A stretch of 32,000 bases of DNA, from NCBI RefSeq assembly GCF_900187275.1, contig NZ_LT906458.1, positions 780,001 through 812,000 on the forward strand. The letters are read 5' to 3'. The first letter of the stretch is position 1; each line of letters begins with the position of its first letter. This document shows, piece after piece, positions 9,052 to 17,378 of the stretch. The notes under the pieces were generated by a model. The model was not told the DNA's origin. It saw only the letters and a program-made list of their open reading frames with translations, and did no database searches. This stretch comes from Pasteurella multocida (GTDB taxonomy: Bacteria; Pseudomonadota; Gammaproteobacteria; Enterobacterales; Pasteurellaceae). The translations under genes were made by a program, and so were the position numbers.

Positions 9052-10560
9052 ATGACAACATCTTCTCAAAGTCGCGAAACGTTCTCTGGACGTAAAGCGT
9101 TTATTTTTGCTGCCATTGGGTCAGCAGTTGGGTTGGGAAATATTTGGCGTTTCCCTTATGTAACTTATGAAAACGGTGGTGGCGCGTTCATCATCCCTTA
9201 TTTAGTTGCATTATTGACAGCCGGGATTCCACTCTTATTTTTAGATTATGCGATCGGTCATAAATATCGTGCTTCTCCACCACTGGCATTTCGTAAGTTA
9301 AACAAAAACTTTGAAACCTTTGGTTGGTGGCAAGTGTTGATCAACGTGATTATCGGGATTTACTATGCGGTCATCATTGGTTGGGCCGCCTCTTATACGT
9401 ATTTTTCATTGAATAGCGCGTGGGGGGCAGATCCCGCGAGTTTCTTCTTTAAAGAATACTTACAAATGGCAGAAGGCGTGGCAGTTAATTTTGACTTTGT
9501 TGCCAGCATAACCGGTCCATTAGTCGGTGTATGGATATTTATTTTGGTTATCTTGGCGTTAGGCGTACAAAAAGGGATCGGTAAATCCGCCACCTTCTTT
9601 ATGCCACTTTTAACCGTGATGTTTGTGATCTTAGTGATTACCGCGCTTTTCTTACCAGGTTCTGTAAAAGGTTTAAATGCGTTGTTTACGCCAGACTGGT
9701 CTAAATTATTAGAACCAACTGTTTGGGTTGCCGCTTATGGACAAATTTTCTTCTCGTTGTCTATCTGTTTCGGTATCATGATCACTTATTCGTCTTACTT
9801 GAAAAAACAAAGTGATTTAACGGGTTCAGGTTTAGTCGTTGGATTTGCTAACAGTAGCTTTGAATTATTAGCCGGTATCGGTGTATTCGCGGCATTAGGC
9901 TTTATGGCAACTGCGGCGGGGAAAGAAGTGAGTGATGTCGCTACTTCAGGAATTGGCTTAGCCTTTATTGCCTTCCCTGCTATTATCGACCAAGCCCCAT
10001 TTGGCAGTGTGATTGGCGTATTATTCTTCGGTTCCTTATTATTTGCTGGTATCACCTCATTGATGTCGATCTTAGAAGTGATTATCGCGGCGGTACAAGA
10101 CAAATTAAGAATGCGTCGCTCTGTTGCCACTGCATTGACTTGTGTACCAATGGCAATTGTTTCCGTCTTACTTTTTGGTACCACCACTGGTTTACCTGTG
10201 TTAGACGTATTAGATAAATTTGTAAATAGCTTTGGTATTGTGGCTGTAGGCTTAATGGTGATTTATGCAGTATTAATCAACGAATCACTTTCTGGCTTAG
10301 CGGCACACTTAAACGAAACCTCTTCCTTTAAAGTTGGTGTGGTATGGCGTGTACTTATCGGCACTATCACGTCAACGGTGTTAGTGTATATGCTCTTTAC
10401 TGAAATTAACAAAGTGGCAACTGAAGGTTACGGTGGCTACCCTGCCTGGTTCGTCAATACCTTTGGTTGGGGCATGGCAATTGGCTTAGGGGTGATCGCT
10501 TTCATGCTCTCGCGTTTACCTTGGAAACACTTAACCGATTCGACAAAAGGAGATAAATAA
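9052..10560 (+). CDS. Sodium-dependent transporter, NSS/SNF family (MetP-like large subunit)
   Basis: 502 aa and polytopic. It has the NSS signature [14 protein letters not shown] near the N-terminus and is followed by a MetS-like small-subunit ORF. Confidence 0.9.
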   Translation: MTTSSQSRETFSGRKAFIFAAIGSAVGLGNIWRFPYVTYENGGGAFIIPYLVALLTAGIPLLFLDYAIGHKYRASPPLAFRKLNKNFETFGWWQVLINVIIGIYYAVIIGWAASYTYFSLNSAWGADPASFFFKEYLQMAEGVAVNFDFVASITGPLVGVWIFILVILALGVQKGIGKSATFFMPLLTVMFVILVITALFLPGSVKGLNALFTPDWSKLLEPTVWVAAYGQIFFSLSICFGIMITYSSYLKKQSDLTGSGLVVGFANSSFELLAGIGVFAALGFMATAAGKEVSDVATSGIGLAFIAFPAIIDQAPFGSVIGVLFFGSLLFAGITSLMSILEVIIAAVQDKLRMRRSVATALTCVPMAIVSVLLFGTTTGLPVLDVLDKFVNSFGIVAVGLMVIYAVLINESLSGLAAHLNETSSFKVGVVWRVLIGTITSTVLVYMLFTEINKVATEGYGGYPAWFVNTFGWGMAIGLGVIAFMLSRLPWKHLTDSTKGDK

Positions 10561-10652
10561 TGGGTACTAGCGCAATTATTATGATGATCGTGGCATTAGT
10601 GATCATTTGGGGAGGATTAATTCTCTCGGTGTCAAGATTACCAAAAGAATAA
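10560..10652 (+). CDS. MetS-like small subunit of the NSS transporter (30 aa, single TM)
   Basis: Below the track's size cutoff. Its ATG overlaps the upstream stop (TAATG). It encodes [30 protein letters not shown], with the IIWGG-type hydrophobic helix typical of methionine/alanine-importer small subunits. A terminator follows immediately. Confidence 0.7.
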   Translation: MGTSAIIMMIVALVIIWGGLILSVSRLPKE

Positions 10653-10670
10653 AATCACATTTCCCTTTAA

Positions 10671-10700
10671 ATCAGCACCTTTTGGGTGCTGATTTTTTTA
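10671..10700 (+). terminator. Rho-independent terminator after the transporter pair
   Basis: 9-bp stem ATCAGCACC / GGTGCTGAT with a 5-nt loop, followed by T7. Confidence 0.85.
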
Positions 10701-10870
10701 TCAGTAAATCTAACCAATTGATTACTAACCACTTATTTTTACTCTTATTATTCCACTTAATTCCTTCTGATTAAATTCACTGAATAAATGAGAAATATTG
10801 TCATTTCTCTAGCTTAAAATCGATGACTTAGGTAAAATGACGACGTTTATTCGTTTATTAAGCGCATCAA

Positions 10871-10879
10871 AAGTGCGGT
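10871..10879 (+). repeat. Uptake signal sequence core (Hin-type USS)
   Basis: Exact AAGTGCGGT, in the nrdB upstream region. Confidence 0.8.
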
Positions 10880-10913
10880 GCTTTTCCCGTACTTTTCCTA
10901 TGGAGAACACAAC

Positions 10914-12044
10914 ATGGCCTATACTACATTTTCACAAAACAAAAACGATCAATTAAAAGAGCCAATGTTCTTTGGTCAAAATGTGAACGTTGCTCGTTAT
11001 GACCAACAAAAATATGAAACTTTTGAGAAATTGATTGAAAAACAACTTTCGTTCTTCTGGCGTCCTGAGGAAGTCGATGTATCACAAGACCGTATCGATT
11101 ACCAAGCGTTACCAGAACACGAAAAACATATTTTCATCAGTAACTTAAAATACCAAACCTTATTAGATTCTATTCAAGGTCGCAGTCCAAACGTGGCGCT
11201 CTTACCACTTGTGTCTATCCCTGAATTAGAAACTTGGATCGAAACTTGGACCTTCTCTGAAACCATTCACTCTCGTTCTTATACCCATATTATCCGTAAC
11301 ATTGTGAACGATCCTTCCGTGATTTTTGATGATATCGTGACCAATGAAGAAATTATCAAACGCGCCAAAGATATTTCTGCTTATTATGATGATTTAATTC
11401 GTGATTCACAGCTTTATACTTTATATGGTGAAGGCACTTACAATGTAGATGGTCAAGATTGTGTGGTCACATTACGCAATTTGAAAAGACAACTTTACTT
11501 ATGCTTAATGAGTGTCAATGCGCTAGAAGCGATCCGTTTCTACGTGTCTTTTGCCTGTTCTTTCGCCTTTGCTGAACGCAAATTGATGGAAGGGAATGCA
11601 AAAATCATTAAATTTATCGCACGTGATGAAGCTTTACACTTAACCGGTACACAACATATCCTCAACATTATGGCATCCGGTCAAGATGATCCAGAAATGG
11701 CAGAGATCGTGGAAGAATGTAAACAAGAAGCTTACGATTTGTTTGTTGCTGCGGCAGAGCAAGAAAAAGAATGGGCTGATTATTTGTTCAAAGATGGCTC
11801 AATGATTGGCTTGAACCGCGATATTTTAGTGCAATATGTGGAATATATTACGAATATCCGGATGCAAGCAGTCGGTCTCCCACTACCTTTCCAGGCACGC
11901 TCCAATCCAATCCCTTGGATTAATGCTTGGTTAGTGTCGGATAATGTACAAGTCGCCCCACAAGAAGTCGAAGTCAGCTCTTATTTAGTTGGTCAAATTG
12001 ACTCAAAAGTCGATACTAAAGACTTTGGCGACTTTGATCTCTAA
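10914..12044 (+). CDS. nrdB: Class Ia ribonucleoside-diphosphate reductase, beta subunit
   Basis: The track ORF starts at 10878. The real start is most likely ATG 10914, preceded by GGAGAA. This gives [35 protein letters not shown].., essentially the E. coli NrdB N-terminus as I recall it. Confidence 0.95.
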   Translation: MAYTTFSQNKNDQLKEPMFFGQNVNVARYDQQKYETFEKLIEKQLSFFWRPEEVDVSQDRIDYQALPEHEKHIFISNLKYQTLLDSIQGRSPNVALLPLVSIPELETWIETWTFSETIHSRSYTHIIRNIVNDPSVIFDDIVTNEEIIKRAKDISAYYDDLIRDSQLYTLYGEGTYNVDGQDCVVTLRNLKRQLYLCLMSVNALEAIRFYVSFACSFAFAERKLMEGNAKIIKFIARDEALHLTGTQHILNIMASGQDDPEMAEIVEECKQEAYDLFVAAAEQEKEWADYLFKDGSMIGLNRDILVQYVEYITNIRMQAVGLPLPFQARSNPIPWINAWLVSDNVQVAPQEVEVSSYLVGQIDSKVDTKDFGDFDL

Positions 12045-12051
12045 ACGTTGT

Positions 12052-12100
12052 TAAAAAAAACCGCACTTTTCGCGTTTTCTGAAAAGTGCGGTTATTTTTT
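12052..12100 (+). terminator. Terminator built from an inverted USS pair
   Basis: ACCGCACTTTTC (12060-12071) pairs perfectly with GAAAAGTGCGGT (12081-12092) across a 9-nt loop. An A-run sits upstream and TATTTTTT downstream. The stem contains USS cores at 12060-12068 (-) and 12084-12092 (+). Confidence 0.85.
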
Positions 12101-12115
12101 CGCTGATATTTGCTA

Positions 12116-12364
12116 ATGAAAATTCATTTAATCCATAGCCAAATTACTCTCGACTACGATAATCAAACTTCTCTTCTTTCTCATTTAGAAAATCACGGGA
12201 TTCATCACGAGTATCAATGTCGCTCGGGTTATTGTGGTTCCTGTCGTGTCAAAATTAGCAAAGGCAAGGTATCTTATAAAGAACCGCCCCTTGCCTTTGT
12301 ACAACCTAATGAGATTTTACTTTGTTGCTGTCAGGTTGATGAAGATTTAGACATCGAGATGTAA
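12116..12364 (+). CDS. yfaE: 2Fe-2S ferredoxin-like protein YfaE (NrdB cofactor maintenance)
   Basis: About 82 aa with the CRSGYCGSC...C cysteine pattern, located directly after nrdB as in the E. coli nrdAB-yfaE operon. I prefer ATG 12116 to the track's TTG 12110. Confidence 0.85.
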   Translation: MKIHLIHSQITLDYDNQTSLLSHLENHGIHHEYQCRSGYCGSCRVKISKGKVSYKEPPLAFVQPNEILLCCCQVDEDLDIEM

Positions 12365-12365
12365 G

Positions 12366-15300
12366 CTAAATCACTTTCTGTAATTTCGCGGGAATCCCTT
12401 GTCGAACAGCAGAACCACATACCCAATCCACCCAAGGGGAAACAATTTCTTTGGTGTTATCTAATAAACCTAAGTCATTAATGTTTATTCCGCGCTGAAT
12501 TTGTGGCGCCCCTTGGATCTCTTTTCCATCAATCACATAGCTCTTAGCACCTAATTGCTTATGCCCATAACCATGTTCAATGGCAATCGTCCCCTTGATG
12601 ACGCCCTCCATGACGATAATTTGTACCAACCCTTTTCCGCCCGGAGTACTGAGTTCGACCAAATCACCATGTCGTAAGCCCTGTGTCTGCGCATCTTGTT
12701 GATTCATCGCCACAATACCTTCTGGTTTAATACTCTGTAAACGGAGTAACGGTGCGGTGATACTGCTCATTAAATTAGATTTAAATGAAATCAACTTAAA
12801 TGGCCATTCTTTGCTTGGATAATGGCTTTCGAGCGTTGAATTATCCGCAAATTGCGGTTCAAAATACTTCGGACAGCCGTGGTAATGTTGACCCGTTTGC
12901 GCGTGTTTCGCTTTAGCGACCGTTTCATTCCAAATTTGCAGACATTTTTTCCAACGCGCTTGCATATTATCTTCTTGCCATGCACTTTTATACGGTGCAA
13001 AACGTCCTCCCTTGCAATACACATTCGCCACTTTCAGTACTTCTTCGGCTTTTAAAGTTCGCTGTAAAGTTGGCATGAGGCGCTGTACCCCAGTTAACAG
13101 TAAATCTTCCTCTGTCGCATCATTCACTGGCGCTTTCCCGTCATACGCAATATTGGCAGCGGCACGTAAAAAATAGTCTTCAGTACAGTTTAAAGGATAG
13201 CTATTTTTTTGTTTATCACTAATCGCATTTTCACCAAATCCAGGTAAATCCATCGCTTTGGCGATAGCAATGATAAAACTTTCCATACAAATGGTTTCGC
13301 CACTCGCGGTTTTTGCATTGTGAGACTGAATAATTGGCCAACGCGCGGTACTCGTTTTGGTCGGTACGCCTGCCCATGGTGTACTGAATCCCCAACTCTC
13401 AAAATTATGGGTATCTGGCACAATATAATCCGCTAAGGCAGTGGTTTCATTCATGAAGGCATCTACGGCAATAAAGAGCGGTAAAATACTCGGATCACGT
13501 AGTTTTTCATCCGTAATGTGATGAATCCCTGTCATGCCATAAATCGGATTACTCATATGGCTAATCCAAGCTTTGAGTGGGTAAGGATAGCCTTGTAATG
13601 CGGAAGTAATCATTTCTGACATTTGTCCACCGACAAAAGGATACCATGAGGCTTTCGCAGGGTAAGGAGAAAGACCTTGTTCCACTTTACGCTTGAATTC
13701 ACTTGATTTCTCATAGGCACGTTTACTGCGTGCTAAGTTTGTGCCTTTCGGGTTGACCATATTCGGAAAATTGGCTAAATCATAACGCGGTCCGGCACCA
13801 AAATCTTTAAACTTTCCGCCAGACATACTCATGCCGCCCTTTTTGTTCATATTTCCAACCATGGCATTGAGTAAGAGAATTGCCCACGCGGTATAAAACC
13901 CTGTACCATGCATGGTGCCCCCATGGGTTACCACTGCGGCACGATGTCCGTGTGAAGTGAATTTTTTTGCCAATTCAATGATCGTCGCCACAGGTACACC
14001 ACAATGTGTGGAATATTGTTCGATACTGTGTTCAAAACAAGATTCTTTAAATAATTGCAAGGCGGATTTCGCTAAAACAGAGGTCCCCTCTTTGAGTGTC
14101 ACCATTTCTTCCACAAAAAGGACCGCACTTTGACTGTCTTTTGCGGCAATCATTGCTCCCGTTTGTTGATCCTTCAGCAAAATATCACCATCCTCAGGTT
14201 TTTCTGGTGTTGGACTATCCATCACATCCTGCACACGTAAGGCTTGTCCATAGCGTTTATGTTGTGGATCAGCAATAAACAAATGTGTGGCATTACAAAA
14301 ACTCACCGCGTTCGCGCTTTGCATCGCATTTTCACTCGGTATGGCTAAGTAGTCCGCGTTATAACGTGCATTCTCAATGATCCAACGTAACATGGCTAAA
14401 GACAAAGAGAGATCTGTACCCGGGACAATCGGTACCCAACGATGCTGATTAACCGCACGGCTTGAACTGAGCTCTAAACGCGGTGCCACCACAACATAGT
14501 CAAAATTGTCTTCTGTGCGTTGTTTTGCGAGTTGACGCGCTTGGCGTTTGAACGGGTTACCCGCTTGCGCAGGTGATGTTCCCATAAATAAAATAAATTC
14601 AGCATGATCCCAATCTGGTTTGGCATGCGCGTTGTTCGCGAGGTCATTCATAAATGCCCCCGATCCCGCGCGATAAGACAAACCACAAAATGAGCCATGT
14701 GAAGCAAAATTGATGGTACCAAAACTGTTGTTAGCAAAACGTTTCAATAAAGGTTGACGCCCTTCAGGTCCTGCAAAAGTCACCATTAATTGATTGACTT
14801 TCGCACCAAATTCAGGATTTTCTTGATCAACAGGCGTTTGTAAATCTCGAATTGTTTTCAATCCTTCTACATGTCCTTCACCAAACAGATCACCGCCATT
14901 GACCACTTCATCCACCAATTGCTCAAAACTAATGGTTTGCCATTTTCCTTCGCCTCGTTTCCCAACTCGTTTTAACGGTTGTGTCAACCGATAAGGGCTA
15001 TTAATCCCTTCTAGGAAAGCAGCACCACGCGCACAAGCAGTGGAACGATTAGCTAAGCCACTTTCTCCCGCCACACTTAGCTCTGCCTGTTGGATAGGTT
15101 GGTTAAAATCAAGATATTGATCGGCGGATAATGGGTGATAAGGATTACCGTTAATGCGTAATACTTGATTTTTGGCTAAATCCACACGCGCCCGTAAACC
15201 ACATAAAGTCCAGCAGCCCATACATTGGGTATTACACACAACTTGATGACTGTTACTGATTAATTTACCTTGTTGTACTTGATATTCCGGCGTTAATGCA

Positions 15301-15455
15301 TTGCCATTGATTTTATCCTGTGTATGTTCGCCCGATGTACCTTCAAGCAAGCCTGTGGCAATTTCTTTCACTTTAGGCGAATACCCCGTGACAAACGCCG
15401 TTGCTGTACCGAGCGCTAACCCACCTTTTAATAAATTACGTCGTTGATTATTCAT
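12366..15455 (-). CDS. ttrA: Tetrathionate reductase catalytic subunit A (molybdopterin oxidoreductase)
   Basis: 1029 aa with a twin-arginine signal (MNNQRRNLLKGGLALG) and an N-terminal Cys cluster (CNTQCMGCWTLC). Its size, and its position as the last gene of a B-C-A operon next to ttrSR, fit TtrA. Confidence 0.85.
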   Translation of the reverse strand: MNNQRRNLLKGGLALGTATAFVTGYSPKVKEIATGLLEGTSGEHTQDKINGNALTPEYQVQQGKLISNSHQVVCNTQCMGCWTLCGLRARVDLAKNQVLRINGNPYHPLSADQYLDFNQPIQQAELSVAGESGLANRSTACARGAAFLEGINSPYRLTQPLKRVGKRGEGKWQTISFEQLVDEVVNGGDLFGEGHVEGLKTIRDLQTPVDQENPEFGAKVNQLMVTFAGPEGRQPLLKRFANNSFGTINFASHGSFCGLSYRAGSGAFMNDLANNAHAKPDWDHAEFILFMGTSPAQAGNPFKRQARQLAKQRTEDNFDYVVVAPRLELSSSRAVNQHRWVPIVPGTDLSLSLAMLRWIIENARYNADYLAIPSENAMQSANAVSFCNATHLFIADPQHKRYGQALRVQDVMDSPTPEKPEDGDILLKDQQTGAMIAAKDSQSAVLFVEEMVTLKEGTSVLAKSALQLFKESCFEHSIEQYSTHCGVPVATIIELAKKFTSHGHRAAVVTHGGTMHGTGFYTAWAILLLNAMVGNMNKKGGMSMSGGKFKDFGAGPRYDLANFPNMVNPKGTNLARSKRAYEKSSEFKRKVEQGLSPYPAKASWYPFVGGQMSEMITSALQGYPYPLKAWISHMSNPIYGMTGIHHITDEKLRDPSILPLFIAVDAFMNETTALADYIVPDTHNFESWGFSTPWAGVPTKTSTARWPIIQSHNAKTASGETICMESFIIAIAKAMDLPGFGENAISDKQKNSYPLNCTEDYFLRAAANIAYDGKAPVNDATEEDLLLTGVQRLMPTLQRTLKAEEVLKVANVYCKGGRFAPYKSAWQEDNMQARWKKCLQIWNETVAKAKHAQTGQHYHGCPKYFEPQFADNSTLESHYPSKEWPFKLISFKSNLMSSITAPLLRLQSIKPEGIVAMNQQDAQTQGLRHGDLVELSTPGGKGLVQIIVMEGVIKGTIAIEHGYGHKQLGAKSYVIDGKEIQGAPQIQRGININDLGLLDNTKEIVSPWVDWVCGSAVRQGIPAKLQKVI
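14122..14130 (-). repeat. Uptake signal sequence core (Hin-type USS)
   Basis: Exact ACCGCACTT on the + strand, inside ttrA. Confidence 0.8.
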
Positions 15456-16497
15456 GGTTTCCCCCAGTCAAATGAAGTGGTGCTAATGCAGCAGAAAATA
15501 CCCACCAAAGTACGATACTAATACATAGCCATAAGCTAAATACCGACAGGATGCCAATCGCACCGTCGATATGCCAAGTTAATTCATATGGGTTGATTAA
15601 CGCATTGTATTTAGCAAGACGTTGTACTTCGATCAATAAGATCCAACGAACGACCCAAGTCAATAACAAGGCGAGCAATACCATCATGCCCTGTAACCAT
15701 AATGATGCAGTCAGATAAGTACCTAACAGCAATCCCCCAAGCACAACTAGATCAAGCATCGGCAGATCACTCACTTGCCACAGCTGTGTCAGTTGAAGTG
15801 CGGTCTGTTCTGAAGAAAAATACACCCCCAACAATGTTCCAATAAATAACATCAGACTGATGAAGGTCAGCGTTGAAAGATATCCTGCAATTTTCCGTTG
15901 GCTAAACACCGCAATCAAAAAGCGACAAAGCAGTAATGTGCTTGGAAAAACACTAAATAAAATCAACGGCATAAGCCAAGATTGATGCCATAAAGGACGG
16001 GCCTCCACCACAAACACTTCCATAGTGGTATAAACCAAAATGGATAAAGCAGAGAGAAACGCAAACACTCGGAAGAAAGTTGTCCAACGAAGGAGATTCA
16101 ACTGTCCCCAATAAAGAAAATGCAAAAACCGAGGTAAATGCTGTTGTGGAATAGCTTGACGCAATAAGCATAAAAAATACCCTACTACAGCAAGCGTAAA
16201 TAAAGGTAAGAAAATCGCGCCCCATGCCATCCAAGACCAAGGAGTAAGGTGTAAATAGAAATTTACAATCCGACTAGGTTGGTGTAAATCCGCGGTTAAG
16301 GCGATCGGTGCCACAATCGCACAACTTAGCGCAACGATGATGGCAATGAATTCATGCTGGACATTTTTCTCCATTTTATGAATGAGTAAGCCAACAAATA
16401 CACCAGAAAAGGCGAGACCGATAAAAAAGAAATAGCTCACCGCCCAAGGTAACCATGCAATAGCTTGCGGTTCCACCACGATTTCACGAATGATCAT
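15448..16497 (-). CDS. ttrC: Tetrathionate reductase membrane anchor subunit C (NrfD/PsrC-like)
   Basis: Highly hydrophobic polytopic protein. I place the start at ATG 16497, which has GGAGGG 7 nt upstream and overlaps the ttrB stop as ATGA. The 3' end overlaps the ttrA start by 8 nt. Confidence 0.8.
   Translation of the reverse strand: MIIREIVVEPQAIAWLPWAVSYFFFIGLAFSGVFVGLLIHKMEKNVQHEFIAIIVALSCAIVAPIALTADLHQPSRIVNFYLHLTPWSWMAWGAIFLPLFTLAVVGYFLCLLRQAIPQQHLPRFLHFLYWGQLNLLRWTTFFRVFAFLSALSILVYTTMEVFVVEARPLWHQSWLMPLILFSVFPSTLLLCRFLIAVFSQRKIAGYLSTLTFISLMLFIGTLLGVYFSSEQTALQLTQLWQVSDLPMLDLVVLGGLLLGTYLTASLWLQGMMVLLALLLTWVVRWILLIEVQRLAKYNALINPYELTWHIDGAIGILSVFSLWLCISIVLWWVFSAALAPLHLTGGNHE
15796..15804 (+). 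repeat. Uptake signal sequence core (Hin-type USS)
   Basis: Exact AAGTGCGGT, inside ttrC (antisense to the gene). Confidence 0.8.
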
Positions 16498-17231
16498 AAT
16501 CTTCCCTCCGCACTTTGCCATAACATAGATTGCCCCTGCACTTGATTAACAAAGGCGTCATCTAATCCTAAATAGAATACATGCGGCACTGTACCCGAAT
16601 TTGGTTTTAAGACTTTGAGTTCCGCTTTAAATTCTTCTACCATTTTACTGATCGTGCTATTTGGATCGCGTAAATCGCCGATAATCCGCGCGCCACCCAC
16701 ACAGCTTTCCACACAAGCCGGTAATAAACCGACCTCCAGTCGATGTGTGCAAAACGTGCATTTATCTGCTGTTTTTGTTTCTTCGTTAATAAAACGTGCA
16801 TCATAAGGACAAGCTTGTACACAATACGCACAACCGATACAACGTTCATTATCAACTACCACGATACCATCTTTACGTTGATAGGTAGCTTGCACAGGAC
16901 AAACCGGTACACAAGGCGGGTTATCACAGTGATTACATAAACGTGGTAATAACACATTATTGACCACTTGTTTTTCATCAGTGACTTCGTATTGACGCAC
17001 AGTGGTTCTAAATTCGCCAATCGGCGTCGCATTCTCAATCCCACAACTTACAGTACAAGATTGACAACCGATACAACGACGTAAATCCACCAACATGGCA
17101 TAACGATGTGCTTCACTTCCCTCTCGTCTAGCAGGTTGAAAAGCATTTTCTGCTTGACTCAATGGAATAAAAGCTTGCCCCACACTTAATAATGATAAAT
17201 TTTTGAGAAAAATACGCTTACTCATTTTCAT
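16494..17231 (-). CDS. ttrB: Tetrathionate reductase Fe-S subunit B (4x[4Fe-4S] ferredoxin)
   Basis: Four Cys clusters (CIGCQSCTVSC, CNHCDNPPCVPVC, CIGCAYCVQAC, CTFCTHR). The Tat-like signal reads SKRIFLK, a Lys-Arg variant of the twin-arginine motif; Salmonella TtrB is known for this variant. Confidence 0.85.
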   Translation of the reverse strand: MKMSKRIFLKNLSLLSVGQAFIPLSQAENAFQPARREGSEAHRYAMLVDLRRCIGCQSCTVSCGIENATPIGEFRTTVRQYEVTDEKQVVNNVLLPRLCNHCDNPPCVPVCPVQATYQRKDGIVVVDNERCIGCAYCVQACPYDARFINEETKTADKCTFCTHRLEVGLLPACVESCVGGARIIGDLRDPNSTISKMVEEFKAELKVLKPNSGTVPHVFYLGLDDAFVNQVQGQSMLWQSAEGRL

Positions 17232-17349
17232 GGTTAGCTCCTTCTTAGTTATAATTCTTCGCGCAATTGCGTTATAATTTTTTTCTCGTATTGTTCAGGA
17301 AGGACGGTGAAAAAACTATTGTGGTTTTCCACATAAACAGTGAGTGAAT

Positions 17350-17363
17350 TTGATTTCAATCAA
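17350..17363. promoter_or_regulatory. FNR-type binding site
   Basis: TTGATttcaATCAA is a perfect match to the FNR consensus TTGAT-N4-ATCAA. It lies in the ttrB-ttrS divergent region. Confidence 0.7.
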
Positions 17364-17378
17364 GAAAAGGAAGAAAAA

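Noticed and set aside
9422-9427. G6 homopolymer in the transporter gene as a possible phase-variation tract
   Set aside because: It is too short for efficient slippage; contingency loci usually have 8 or more G/C. It simply encodes Trp-Gly in frame.
9393-10187. Antisense ORFs 9393..9593 and 9795..10187 within the NSS transporter gene
   Set aside because: They lie on the opposite strand of a well-supported membrane-protein gene, and their composition mirrors that gene's hydrophobic codons. Nothing else supports them.
10788-10804. ATGAGAAATATTGTCAT upstream of nrdB as an NrdR or Fur box
   Set aside because: Only the right half matches the NrdR palindrome. My hand alignment to the 19-bp Fur consensus gives about 12/19. 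There is no second box at the expected 31-32 bp spacing. This is too weak to call without a PWM scan.
12366-17231. Alternative reading of the reductase operon as thiosulfate (phsABC) or polysulfide (psrABC) reductase
   Set aside because: The gene order is B-C-A rather than A-B-C. The A subunit is ~1029 aa. The B subunit has the KR-type Tat motif. The adjacent sensor/regulator pair has a periplasmic binding-protein-like sensor. All of these fit Ttr better, though only phylogeny or an assay can settle it.
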